From Lama guanicoe (taxonomy: Eukaryota), in assembly GCA_013239625.1 (NCBI GenBank), contig MU053917.1, positions 82,170 through 146,169 on the forward strand: a DNA stretch of 64,000 nucleotides, written 5' to 3'. This document shows, in pieces, positions 49,149 through 61,478 of the stretch. The notes beneath the pieces were generated by a model. That model saw nothing but the letters and a program-made list of their open reading frames with translations, was not told the origin of the DNA and made no database searches. The translations under genes and the position numbers were made by a program. Each line of letters opens with the position of its first letter. Position 1 is the stretch's first letter.

Positions 49149-50319
49149 CAAAGAAAAAAGACATCTAAGATAGATCTGTATGTTTATTTTAAATACTTAT
49201 GATATTCTTTTCAGGAATGCATAATGTCAAAGAATATGAAACATACTACTAAGAATTCATCTTGCAAAATCAAATAATACTATCTCATGGCTCAAATACC
49301 TGAGCAATTCTTAGCTTGTTTTTTCTGCACTTATATATAAAATTTAAAAATATAGACAATAGTTTGTATATTAAAGTAGTGTGAATTTCCATATTAGAAA
49401 GGGAAAACCAGAAATGTTTATTCATTGGTGAAATAAAAATCTAAGTGTGATATATTTTCTTTGGATTCAGATTGTTAACAATGAAGAATAAATTATGTAA
49501 AGTTATTTTAATTGCTGTTGACAACGTATTTCATGTGTATCAAGTAATGCAGGTAATAAGGGATGCATACAGATATTCAAATATTATAAGAAAATGTTTT
49601 AAAAGATTACGAGTAATGTTAATTTCTATCAGTTGTTTCTTATAAAACGGAAGTCATTACTGCACACAGATGAAAACAAATATAAGCCAAAGTGTTCTAT
49701 AAGTTGAACCATATTCTCCTGGTGAAAACTGGAGAGATTTTGATCCTATAATGTGGAAGGATGTCTCATTTTTGATTAAAAAAAAGACATTTAAAATTCA
49801 TCAATTGACACTTTCAGCTGTGTAAATCTCTTTTGCTCTGAATTAAAGTCTTTGGGCTCTCATTTTTAAAGGGTCCTTAAGTTTGGCACATAATTTGCAC
49901 TTTGAAGTCCGCTTTGTGGAAGGGGGGTATGTGAATGTCTACCTGCTGCAGAGGAAGGAAAAGACAGAGTCCCATAACCCTGCTGTGGTTCAAAGCACTG
50001 GACATGGCTTGCATTGAAAGTCTGAGATTTGGTTGAAACTAGGTAATTAATGTTTTAATCCTGAGAGATAGAAGCACTTTGCCTATATTTTTCTGAGTCT
50101 CATAATTTCTGAATTCAGCCCCCCCCACTCTAGTCAGACCGCAAGTACAATGAATGCACAGTAGATTAACTGTTTTGTAAAGTTCTTTAGGCCAAAACGT
50201 CTGAGTGTATTAGAAGAGGAGAAGGGAGAGAAGAACTAGCTGTTTCAGCCATCAGTCTGCGCGCTGCCCTCTGCTACAGCACTGCCTTTCATTCAGAGCA
50301 GATTTTCATCAAATCCCCT

Positions 50320-51780
50320 CATTGCAGCTGCATCCTCCCGGTCCTCAAGTCCCCCGCTGTCCCCGCGTGACCCGCCGCCCCCCGCGCAAGTTAGTTGGCC
50401 GGGAGGTGCGCGCGCTCCCCGAGTCGTGCCTGACGAGCCGGCTGGACGGCCAGGGTCAAGGCGCCGGGCCGCGGTCGCGGATCGGAGGCCCGGCGCTGCC
50501 CCAGGCGCCAGCCCCGCCTCTCTCCAGCGGCCGCCTCGCGCTGGCCTCCCCTGCTGTGCGCGGCTCGCGGGAGGCGGGGTGGGCTCCCCGCCGGGCGCGC
50601 AGTGCGCATGCGCCAGCCGTGAAGTCCGTGGTTGCAGGGAGGCGGAGTAGGTTTTCTGGGCTTTGGCAGCGGCGAGGAAGCCTGGGCTGGAGGACTGACC
50701 GGCGGAATGAGAAGCGGACGGGCCAAGTCACCGGGCGCCTGCTGAACTGGAGGGCCGAAGGATGCCTGCAGTGAGGAAGGTGCGAGCCGCCGGGGTCAGA
50801 GCCTCGCGGAGCGCCGGGGCGGGGCGCGGGAGCCGTTGGGGGTTGGGGCGCGAGGGCTGCGCGGCTGAGTGGGGGGCAGGGACTCCGGGGCAGCCTTGCG
50901 CGGGGGCCTGGCACCCGGGGCTGCCGGCGGGTGCGGGAGCGGGCGCGGGCGCCGAGCGGGGCTTCGCGTGGAGGTCACAGTCTCCGCTCCGCCCGGCAAG
51001 CTGGGGGACCCGAGGAGACCTGGCAGGGGATTCGGGGCGGCGAGGAGCTGCGCGCCTCGCTCAGACTAGGCACCGCGAGGGGATGGGGGCGGCAGCAAAC
51101 CGCCACCCCCCCCTCCTTTGCTCAGCGCGTGACGGGACGCGGACCGACCCTGGGAATGGAGGGAAGGCGCGAGGTGCTCGGAGGGGCGGAGGCGCGGCTG
51201 GGAGGCGGGAGGAGTCGCTCTTGCCGTGCGTGGCGTCCGCGGCGACCAGAGGGTTGGCTGACCGCACGCTGAGGGTGGCCACGGGCTCTCCAAGTGGAAG
51301 GGGAGCGCGAAGGCTTTGTAGGGACAGTTGCGGAGGGAGGCTCAGGATTCTCTAAGGAGCCTCCCCAGGCAGCCGCGGCTGTTGCCGTTCCTGGGCTCGC
51401 CGGCTAAGGGTAGCAGGAAGGTGTAATTGTTGCAGTCTTCCCAGCGACGTGTGGGGCGGCGGGCATGGGCGGCGCCTGCCGGGCCAGGTGGGTGCCCGGC
51501 CCCCTCCCCCTGGTCGCCGGTGGCGCGTGCTGCGCGGAGAGACGTGGAGCGGAGTGCAGGCGGTCCGGCGGGGTCTGGGGAGAGAGTCGGGTTGGAGACG
51601 GGCGGCCGGGCGCAGAGCCCCGGGCCCCGCGGGTTTGCAGGGGGCAGCGTCGAGAACCAGAGCGGGGTTGGGGTGCGGGCGCCACCTGCCTCGGAAACTC
51701 AGGAGCGGCTCCCCTGGCGCTCGCTCTCCTCCGGAAAGTTTTCCTGCCGCCTCCGTGTCGCGTTCCCCATGAATGGCGAC
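50320..51780 (+). promoter_or_regulatory. CpG island, promoter-like, with candidate first exon ending at 50779
   Basis: Dense CpG over ~1.45 kb with AT-rich flanks. NRF1-type TGCGCATGCGC at ~50603-50613 and GC boxes. aggATGCCTGCAGTGAGGAAG|gtgcga (MPAVRK) at 50762-50779. Confidence 0.8.
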
Positions 51781-51831
51781 TAGGCCGGTCTCAGGATTTC
51801 AAATTTGGGATTTATCGGTGCCACTGGCTTT

Positions 51832-53257
51832 TGTTTTTTTTCCTTCTTCAGCTTTATTATGTAGAACTATTATAGTATATTGTAGTATTATTAGACAGTA
51901 TTATAGTATATTATATGCAGTATATTGCATGTAAATACATATACAGTATACTGCACATTTTTTAGTTTGCATATATGTGCTATTTATTGTTTCTAAGAAG
52001 AGACTAGATCTTTAGCTTTTTAAACTTAAATAGTTAGCAAAGAAATGAAACCAACTACAAAATAAGAATCAACAGACTGCGGTCATCCAGTCATAAAGGA
52101 CAGTCAAATGTGCTTACACATATTCAAGAAATCAAAATAATTAGTTCATTGGTGTCATTATTATTTTTTAGATTCTTCATGTAAGTGATGTCCTATGGCA
52201 TTTTTCTTTCTGGTCCACTTCACTTAAGAGTGACAATCTTCAGGTCCATCCATATTGCTGCAAATAGCATTGTTTAATTATTTTGTATAGCTTGAGTAGT
52301 GTTCCATTGTACGTATGTATCATATCTTCTTTATCCAGTCATCTGTTGATGGTTATTTGGGTTGTTGCCATGTCTTGGTCATTGTAAATAGTGTGGTTAC
52401 AAACATTGGGGTGCGTGTATCTTTTTGAATTTTATTTTTCTCCGAACGTATGCCCAGGAGTGGGATTGCTGGATCACCTGGTAAGTCTCTTTTCAGTTTT
52501 TTAAGGAATCTCCATACTGTCCTCCATAGTGGCTGCACCAGTCTACACTCCCACCAACAGTGTGGGAGGGTTCTCTCTTCTCCACACCCTCTCCAGCATC
52601 TGCTTGTAGATTTTTCAGTAATGGCTATTCTGGCTGGTGTGAGGTGATAACTCATTGTAGTTTTGATGTGCGTTTCTCTGATAATTAGGGATGCTGAGCA
52701 TTTTTTCATGTGCCTGTTGACCATTTGTATGTCTTCATTGGAGACTTGCTTGTTTAGGTCTGCTGCCTAGTTTTGGATTGGGTTGCTTGTTTCTTCAATA
52801 CTAAGGTGTATGAGTTGTTTGTATATTTTGGAAATTAGTCCCTTGTCAGTCCCATCATTTGCAAATATTTTCTCCCATTCTGTAGGTTGTCTTTTTGTTT
52901 TGTTGATGATATCCTTAGCTGTGCAAGAGCTTTTAAGTTTAATTGGATCCCATTTGTTTATTTTTGCTTTTATTTCCAATAGTCTAGGAGCTGGTTTAAG
53001 AAATATGTTGCTGTAATGTGTGTCCGCGAGTGTTCTGCCTATGTTTTCTCCTAGGAGTTTTATAATATCTGGTCTTACGTTTAGGTCTTTAATCCAGTTT
53101 GAATTTATTTTTGTACATGGTGTTAGAGAATGTTCCAACTTCATTCTTTTACAGGTAGCTGTCCAGTTTTCCCAGCACCACTTATTGAAGAGACTGTTTT
53201 TTCTCCCTTGTGCATTCTTGCCTCCTTTGTCGTGCATTAATTAGCCATACGTGTCAT
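51832..53257 (-). mobile_element. L1-mediated insertion: L1 ORF2 end/partial 3'UTR (53257-52140) plus ~300 bp non-L1 sequence and poly(A)
   Basis: Perfect 17-bp TSD tcggtgccactggcttt at 51815-51831 and 53258-53274. AATAAA on the minus strand at 51853-51858 and T-run at 51832-51841. ORFs 52767-53237 and 52353-52724 (-) are L1 ORF2 remnants. Confidence 0.88.
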
Positions 53258-54969
53258 TCGGTGCCACTGGCTTTCATGGAGCAATAATAAAGTGATGGGC
53301 AGCGATTCCTTCCTGTGATGAATCCTGCCAGCGGAGGCTGTGGGTGGTTTTGGAGCCGGAAATGTAAAGCACACTTGTTTCTCTAGTGCTAAGTTGTGAA
53401 AGGTGCTCTCATGGTAGACTTAGTGTAAAAGGGTCTGTTTACATGACATACATCAGTTGTACAAATAGAGTGTTTTTCGTGGTTGTATGTTACAGCCGAC
53501 TTGAAAGAAAACCAAAAGTGAAACAAGCGTAGACAGCCCACGAGAAGGTATAATGACCTTTTCCTGGTACTTCGGGGATCTCTGCAGGACCAGATGGGAA
53601 ACTGTGTTCAGGAGCCAGACTTTGGGCTCTGGCTCTCCCCCAGCCTCCTTCAGTTTAGTGTTTGTGTGTCTGGTGGACAGCTTGGATTTCTCGGTCTTGT
53701 GTTCCTTCTTTTTTCCCACAGTGCTTTCAGGGAGATGCCCTGGAACGTGTCTCAGCCAGAGACCGGGCCTCTTGTCCTGAGTGTGACTGTTGTCCCCCCG
53801 CTGCTGCTTCCTCCCAGTCCCCCCCACCCCGCCCCTTCGGGAGGACAGTCCCGGTCCCCGCTCCCCTGCGATGGTGCCTGCCCGCTGTGAGCCCTTTGCC
53901 CGTCTGTCTTCCCCTTCTGGAAGGATGGTTGGAGGGAGGGTGCGTGGCCGTGTCATCCCTGGGTCTCCCTAACCGTCCTTGGCTGAGAAGGAACCGTGAG
54001 GCAGGGAAGGGCGGACTCCTCCGTGTGGGCTCCACGTCCCCCACTGACCACTGTCTCTCCTCGCTGATCCCTGCCGCCCCGCCTGGTGGGAAGACTCCCT
54101 GTGTCCTGATTCGGACACGCATTGGCGGGACCCTGTGCGTTCGCTCACTTGTCACCATTTCTCTTTTCTGTGTTTTCCCCGTGTTTGCCCTCCCAGACCT
54201 GGTTGAAGGGAGAGTTCCCTGTGGCATGAGAATGGATGCTTCAGCTTGGTCACCCTGGGGTCCTTTGTGCCTCTGAAGGACACTTCTGGGGAGATCCTGC
54301 TCCTGCTCTTTCCATGGAGAAAAAAGGAACCGGACAGACTTGCCAACCTCCCCCTCCCCCCCGTTACCCCCAGAGTGTTTTAGATCCTGTCACTGGATAG
54401 TGTTTGAGTGAATCAGCAAATCCCCAACCTGGTGACCCTTCGCCCCCTCCAGAGGTTCCTCAGCCACATGCATTTCCTCTTGCTTCTCTGACCTGTGTGA
54501 GTCTCGTGAGATAGGAGACCAAGGAGCACGTGAATGGATTTGCCTGGTTTATGAAGCTTTGGGCTCTTTGAGGATAATTTCCATTTTCTTGTGTACTTTG
54601 TAATATTTTGGCAGTATCTGAACAGGTTTCTGATACCTGTTTTCTGATCCTATGAAAAGTTTAATACAGAATTTATATTATAGTCAATGTAGAAATGTTC
54701 ATAAGTAGCTGAGTGGTGTACCTTGAAACTTCTGTTGTGGCCCCTGTATCGCATTCCTGAGTCTGCTGCTCAACTGTCTAGATTATTTGTATGGTTAGGC
54801 TTGAAGTTTTATTCTTGCTGTGAAGGGTGGGTCCGCAGCTCTTTGAAGCAACTAAACAGCTCACCTAAGTCTTCAGTTCACACGCTTGCTTGTTTCTCTA
54901 ATGCTGTTTTATTAAGAGTCACGGCAGGCACTCAGTTTAAAAAAAAAAAAAACCATCTTCTTTTGTATA

Positions 54970-55250
54970 TAACTAGTCCCAGCAATTTCACTTCTGGAAA
55001 CTTACCCTAAGGAAATTAATTATAAACTTACAGGAAGTTAGCTAAGCAGATGTTCACTCCAGCTTTATTTCAGAGTAAAATACTGGAAACTAGCAACAAC
55101 TGGAGATTGGGTAAATTCATTATGATACAGCAGTTAGTAAAAAAAAATACATCTGTTACAAAGATGATAGTTGAACATTTAATGCTATAGAAAGGTGTTC
55201 CTATTAATGTTAGGTGGAGGAAGCAGGTTGTAAAACGGGACGCACAGTGT
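54970..55250 (+). mobile_element. Ancient L1 (L1ME-like) 3' fragment
   Basis: 'cccagcaatttcacttctggaaacttaccctaaggaaat...gatgttcactccagctttattt'. Confidence 0.55.
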
Positions 55251-58200
55251 GGTCCTTGTGTCCTGAAGCTGCTGAGCAGAGGGCAGTCTGGAAGGACCCT
55301 GAGCAGCCGGGGGGGCAGGCTGCTCACCCAGTGGCATCTGTACCTTGCTGGGGCAGGGGGAACCTCTTTTTAGAGCAGTCTGCACCCCCCAGGGCCCCCC
55401 AGGGGCTCCCTCTGGGCCGTTCCCTGAGCTGCCTCCTTGGAGGCCTGGTGTCAGGGCCTTTGCTTGGGCCTTGCCGGGTCCACGTTGCTCTGCAGACATC
55501 GAGGGTCACCCCCCACGCGGCACTTCCTCAGTGAGTGGGCTTCATCACTCCCCTACCTCCCTACCTTCCTGTTGCCAGATAGTGTATCACAGGGTTTACT
55601 CCTTACGTGTGGCTGTCTGGTCCCCACTTCTGCTGGTGGGGCTCGCATTTCCTGAGGTCTTACTCTGTGCCGTGTGGCCTGCGGAGTGTGGTATGTGTGC
55701 TGGCTTGTTCGTGGCACCAGCCCCGTGAGGCAAGCCCCTTGGAAGAGGGGCCAGACTGGGAGGAAGATCAGTCCTGCGTGGGGTCTGTCTGAGCCGGATG
55801 TCTCCACTTCCCCCAGGGCCTCTGGCGGCCGTGTTGTGTGTCTGGGTCAGGGTGGTGCGGGCCCAGGGACCCGGGTGCAGTCCTTGCTGAGATAGAGGAG
55901 GTGATCAGAGAGCTAACAGTCTTTATCTAGGCGTGCCGAGCCTGCAGGTGGTTTGGGTTTCTTTTCCCTTTCTTTCTATTTCCATCAGAAAGCGGCTTCA
56001 GGTCACAAAGTGTCTTGCACAGAGTGGCTTAGGCAGGACTGTCTGTTGGCTCCCAGTGAGGCTCGGGCAGAGCTTGCCAGGAGCCCTGCTTCTCCTCACT
56101 TTCCTGCTCTGCGTCCGTTGCTGTGGTGGCTTCACCCCCTGTGTCGTAGAAGGATGTCACCACTCAAGGCCGTCCCTCAGGTGTGGCACAGCCTACAGAA
56201 GATGAGACTTGTCCCTCCCTGAGGTCACTGAGCTGCCGTGTCCGAAACCCTCTGCAGCTCATGTGCGGAAACAGGGCACAAGTTGTCTTCAAGTTCAGGT
56301 CAAGTCAGGGGAGGTTTTCTGGGTTCCTCGAGTGGTGATTCTGTAACCAGGCTCTTCCCACCTTGTGACTTTGCCACTGTCGCCCTCATCCACCCAGAGG
56401 GGAACGAGTTGGGGGCCACGTGGGCTCTTTTGCTCCAGTTCCCTTGGCGCTTGTCAGGTGCGCGCTGGCCTCAAGGCCTCAAGGGAGGCGGGCAAGAAGC
56501 AGAAGGGGGTTGTGATCGGCTGTTGCCGTGAAGCCTTCCTGGTTTCTTATTTGGAGTGATGATATTTCTCCTGGAAGTTCTTCAGAAGTGTTTCCTTCCT
56601 GTCCTGTCATGCCAGACCAGGTGTAGCAGGAAGGATGGGACCATCGTTGGGGTTTAGATTACTTGTAAGCCACCTTTGGTCTGAGCTGTGCCTGGTGCCC
56701 CGAGGCCACGCAGAGGAGGCCCAGCCCTGGGGGCCAAGCCCACTCCTCTTAGAAATCAGGAGAGGGTGGCTGTTTGGTTTTTTACCAACAGCATCTAGTA
56801 GACAGCTGTTCTGGATTTATAAATTGCCTAGGGCATGTAACTCTTGTGTAATTGAATGTCTTGAAGGAACCTTTATGCATCTGTCTGGTAAAGATTTCAA
56901 AGATACTGTAAAGTGAATATGGCAGAGAAACACCTGAGGACCCACTGAACCCAGTGTTCCGAGTCTCCCTTTGATCCATCAATCACAGGTTTGTTGTCTG
57001 ATGGATTGATGTTCACATGTCTGTCCATCAGGGTTGTCCGCTCACAAGTCCCAGAAACTCCGGCTAACACTAGCACCACAGATGCACAGAATCCACTGGA
57101 AGGAGCTGGACCAGCCTCCGTCCTGAGGGAAGGTCAGATTCCTGTGGCAAGTCCTGCGTGAGCCTCTCCACACTCCTTTCCGGCCTTGCTCTGCCAGGTC
57201 GAGCATCCACGGGCTGCCCCCTTCTATCCTGAGGTATGCGGGGCACTTGGGTGGGGGTGGGGGTGGTGCTGGGCTGGGCAGACCTACCCAGTCTTGTTCT
57301 GTGGGTCCACGGGTCAACCCAAACCTGGCCTTGCCCCAGGAGAACACTGGAGTACACCCTGGGGGGAGAGTGACAGGCACACGTCTCAGGTCATCCTACA
57401 GCATGTCTCGTTCTGTTAAGGCAGATAACCACGTAGGGAGGCAGGTGAGACCAGGGTCCGTGGTGCTGAAGTGTAGGGGTGTCTCTGGAGACCACTCGGA
57501 TTGTGACTGTGGGCGTGCGCAGGGCATTCTCGGGCGCTGCCTGTCAGCCGCTGTCCCTTCTTCACAGTTTTCCTCTGTTCTACGTTTAGGGTGTGCTTTG
57601 CAGAGTATTCAGTATTTTCCCAGGAAGCCAGAATAGGCAGAACTCAGAGGTTAGTATTCTATTGTCGGGCTCCTTAAGGCATTTCCTTGGCTCTCAGATC
57701 TTCTCTTCGTCATGTTTATCCCACTTTTGGAAGCTCGTTACCATGTTGGAGGTATTAGCAGAGGTGGATGCTGGCAGTGGTTACAGGTCTCTGTACTGCA
57801 CAGTAAGTGCGTTTAGCTGAATCAGTGACCCTTCTGTCCCCAGTGTGACTTGTGAGTTGCCCTGTTGCGTTTTCCATAGAACTAGACTTAGGTTGTGTGG
57901 TATACTTGGATTGAGAATTTGTCTTATAGGTTATCAATAATAAACTAATTACCAACAGTGATCAACTCACTTTTATAGAAAGGAAGACACATTTGATGGA
58001 TTGGTATTTTTATGACAGAAACAGAACTTTTGTCTGTGTCAGGCCAGATTTAGGCAAAGCTTGTCCTCGGCATTTCTGTTGGTGATACTGACCCTCCAGC
58101 TGCTGTCCTGAGTCCCTCTTACTGTCTCTGAGCTGTTTAACATAATTAAAGGGCATCTCATAAACTTACCCCATGTAGCATGTTAGCTGATAATCCCTTA

Positions 58201-58432
58201 AGATGTGTTATTCTTCGGCATAGTTGCATTGTAATGCTAATCCAAGAAATAATCAAAGTGATGGCTCCCTGGTGGTGGAATGATTTTGGAGAGTTGGATG
58301 GGAGAAGTAGGCACACACCCTTCTGCTTCCTTGTAAGGCTGGTTCTACAAACTGGGTGGTCTCAGATTTGTTAAGTAACAAATATGTCTACATTTTGCTC
58401 TCATAACCTCACATACTAATTTTTTTTAGTGT

Positions 58433-58558
58433 TTTTTTAATGGGAGGTAATTTTGGGTTTATTTACTTGTTTATTTTTTTAAACAGAGGTACTGGGAATT
58501 GAACCCAGGACCTTGTGCATGCCAGGCATGCACTTTACCACTAACCTATACCCTCCCC
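58433..58558 (-). mobile_element. tRNA-derived SINE (vic-1-like) with TSD
   Basis: 'gaggtactgggaattgaacccaggaccttgtgcatgccaggcatgcactttaccactaacctataccctcccc', flanked on both sides by tttttttagtgt. Confidence 0.88.
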
Positions 58559-58573
58559 ATTTTTTTAGTGTGG

Positions 58574-58790
58574 TTTTTTTAATTGAAGTATAGTCAGTTA
58601 CAGTGTGTCAATTTATGCTGAATAGCATAACACCCAGTCATGCATATATATACATATGTTCACTTTCATATTCTTTTTCATTAAAGGCTACTATAAGATA
58701 GTGAATATAGTGGCCTGTGCTATATGAAGAAATTTGTTTTTTACCTATTTTTAACATTTGTAAATCTCAGACTCCCAAATTTGTCCAACT
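58574..58790 (-). mobile_element. L1 3'-end fragment
   Basis: Same 3'UTR motif as at 245-435 and 43475. Confidence 0.8.
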
Positions 58791-59693
58791 TAGCTGCTGT
58801 AGCTCAACTGGCTCATCGTGAGGATGACTTTGGTGATTCACTGAGGTTTTCTCTGAAACTCAGGCTGCTCTAGTGGACGGTGTTCAGTGGGAAACCTCTG
58901 GACTGTGCTAGTGCATCCAGCCTTCCTCATGTGCCCTCACCGCGGGCAGCCTTCTGTTTTCACACGGTTGTAATTAGTGTGGCATAAACATCTGAATTCA
59001 GTAGACTGTTAACAAAGCATCTAAATTTACTTTCAACAGGATAGCCTTAAGGATGGCCAACAGGATGGCCTTAAGCAGTGAACTGAAAAAAACCTTCAAA
59101 CTCCGTAACCGGAGGATCTTGACGGTGCTTCATACCAGCAGGCTGGAGTCAGGGAGAGGACTGGGAAGCCCCGCCTGAGTGCGGCCTGGCAGGGGGAACT
59201 GTCACACAGTCTGCACAGCTACTGCTGGTCAAGGGGCAGATTTGGAAGTGGGGACCTTTTGGTGAATCATTTTAATGTGCTTCTAAAGCAAGTAAAAACC
59301 ATCTGTAGAAAGGTGAGAATAATCCTGAGTGGCCTCTACTATTGTGCAGTTCTTTTTTATCTTCAGGTTCTTTGGCAGCTCACTTAGGATTAATGCCTTT
59401 TGGAGAAAGATATCTGTGAGGCGTGTTCTGGATGGAATTTCCCAGTGCTGGCCACTTGCGAGTTGAAATATCTTTTTAAGATTACCTGTTTAAGGCTTAG
59501 AATCCTTTTTATGATTTAAGGTGCATAATTTACATTTAAAATGATACCGTAAGATATATTTTAAACTTTCATGACGGAATGTGTTTCCAAATCTTGACAA
59601 AGGTCCAAACAGCTCCCCTGTAGAAAGAGCTTTTTCTAACAGATGAGTGAGCTGGAGAGAGCAGAAGTGACACTTATCCCTGTTTGACTCCAG

Positions 59694-59823
59694 ACCAGGA
59701 TAGGTGGTCGACAGAACCATGTGGTCCTGCAGAAGCTGAAGCCAGGTGCTCCTTACGCCATCACCACGTCCTCCCTGTGTCCTGATGGGAAAGGAGGTCA
59801 GATGTTGGGAAGAGGCGAGACCA
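59694..59823 (+). pseudogene. COL12A1: COL12A1 FN3 exon copy A (frame open)
   Basis: ctccag|...ACC A|gtaagt, 130 nt. [43 protein letters not shown] vs recalled [43 protein letters not shown]. Confidence 0.92.
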
Positions 59824-59953
59824 GTAAGTGACCCCGGACTCCTGTGGCATTTTTAGTAACTGTTGTGGGGATGGAATCACAACTTCCACTAGAAACACTG
59901 GGGTGACATAGTTTTGCTAATCTTTTAAAATGCATGTTAATAATGACCTTCAT

Positions 59954-60093
59954 TGTTTTCGGGTTTTGTCTGTTTTGGGGGTGGGGGGCAATTAGGTTTT
60001 ATTTATTTGTTTTGTAATGGAGGTACTGGGGATTGAACCCAGGACCTTGTGCACACTAAGCATACACTCCACCCCTGAGGCTATACCTTCCCC
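59954..60093 (-). mobile_element. tRNA-derived SINE (vic-1-like) in COL12A1-derived intron
   Basis: 'ggaggtactggggattgaacccaggaccttgtgcacactaagcatacactccacc...ctataccttcccc'. Confidence 0.88.
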
Positions 60094-60391
60094 AGGATCT
60101 TAATTCTTTTCAGTATCCTTCCTGGAGTTACGTGTCTCTGGTCTTGTGTTCCAGGATAACACCAAGAAACAAACTGTGCTCTGGGGCCACAATACCTTGT
60201 GGAGGGATGAGACATGACCCAGGTGATCACAGACATTTTTTCCTTTATTCACTACTTTAGCAGACATTTGTTGGGGGCCCACTACAGGGGTCCTGCTGTG
60301 TTCTGGGGTTCCCGGGACCCCTCAGTAAACCTGGGCTTCACGTGTGCTGGGTTGTTAGGATCACACATGATGTGCTTCCTGTGCATTTCAG

Positions 60392-60529
60392 ATCCTTTGA
60401 ATACCGTGAGGAACGTCAGTGTATGACCCTTCCACCAGCACTTTGCACCTTCGCTGGGACCACGCAGAGGGAAATCCTGGTCAGTACAAGCTCCTCTATG
60501 CACCAGCAGCTGGTGGTCCGGAGGAACTG
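60392..60529 (+). pseudogene. COL12A1: COL12A1 FN3 exon copy B (2-nt deletion frameshift)
   Basis: catttcag|; [45 protein letters not shown]|gtcatt vs recalled [46 protein letters not shown]. The shift near 60418 brings TGA into frame at 60424. Confidence 0.93.
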
Positions 60530-60943
60530 GTCATTATTTCCTGTGGGGAAGAGTGTATGTTAGTTTCAGCTGTGGATTGCAAAGTGGAGATCAAGAGTTA
60601 GCCAACTCACCACAGCGCTGAAGGAGTTCATGTCCCTTCAGTAGAACCTGATGGAGGGTAGTAGGTTGGTGCCTCAGAGCCTGGGTGATGGGGGCTTTTG
60701 AGGGTTTGGGGTCGGGGATCGAATCATTCCAGAGACTTCAAGAAGGAGCGAGGGTGTGTGCAGACAAGTGTTCATCAACTGTTACAACAGTTCGTATGGG
60801 GGCACATCCTTAGGTCCCAATATTGCAGACCCTACTTCTTGACTTGGTCTTGAGTTAATATTTTGGGTGTTCTATTGTTCAAAGTATAATTTCTTGTACA
60901 AGGTTTTCAAATCAAGTACTTTACATTTTATTAAAATGTTTAG

Positions 60944-61072
60944 GTGCCTATCCCTGGGAATACCAATAATGCCATTCTTAGGAATCTGCAGCCAGATACC
61001 TCATACTTGTTACAGTGGTTCCTGTTTATCCTGAGGGCGATGGAGGGCGGACACTAGACACTGGAAGGACAT
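60944..61072 (+). pseudogene. COL12A1: COL12A1 FN3 exon copy C (1-nt deletion, dead donor)
   Basis: gtttag|[42 protein letters not shown]. The donor reads GGAAGT instead of GTAAGT. Confidence 0.93.
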
Positions 61073-61478
61073 GGAAGTAAGAAAGCAGAAAAATTTATCT
61101 TTTTCATGATGCATTTTGCTTGTTTAGTATAGTACAAAGTTTAAAGTATAAAGACAATTTGGGAAATTCAGAATGATGGGATAAAAATGGAACAGTTACC
61201 CATAGTTTGTTTACCTCCCAACCTCTACCAACTGTTAATATTTTAGAGAATGAGATAAAAAATGTATAATGTCATTTTTCTGAAATGGTAACTTCAGGGT
61301 TTATAAACGTGTATACAGTTATCAGTATACTTTGTCACTGACAGAAATTCATGAGCTTTGCTTTGTGCTTGTGAATCTGTGTGAGGCAGTGCTTCGTCAT
61401 TGGCTTTCAGTGTCAGTTGTTGAAGTCTGTTCATCATGTTACTTGATAGCTTATTTCTCTGCCGGCGAGGCGCTTTTT

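Noticed and set aside
50762..51355. 197-aa ORF in the CpG island as a real protein
   Set aside because: Low-complexity Gly/Ala/Arg read-through past a plausible donor at 50780, typical of CpG islands.
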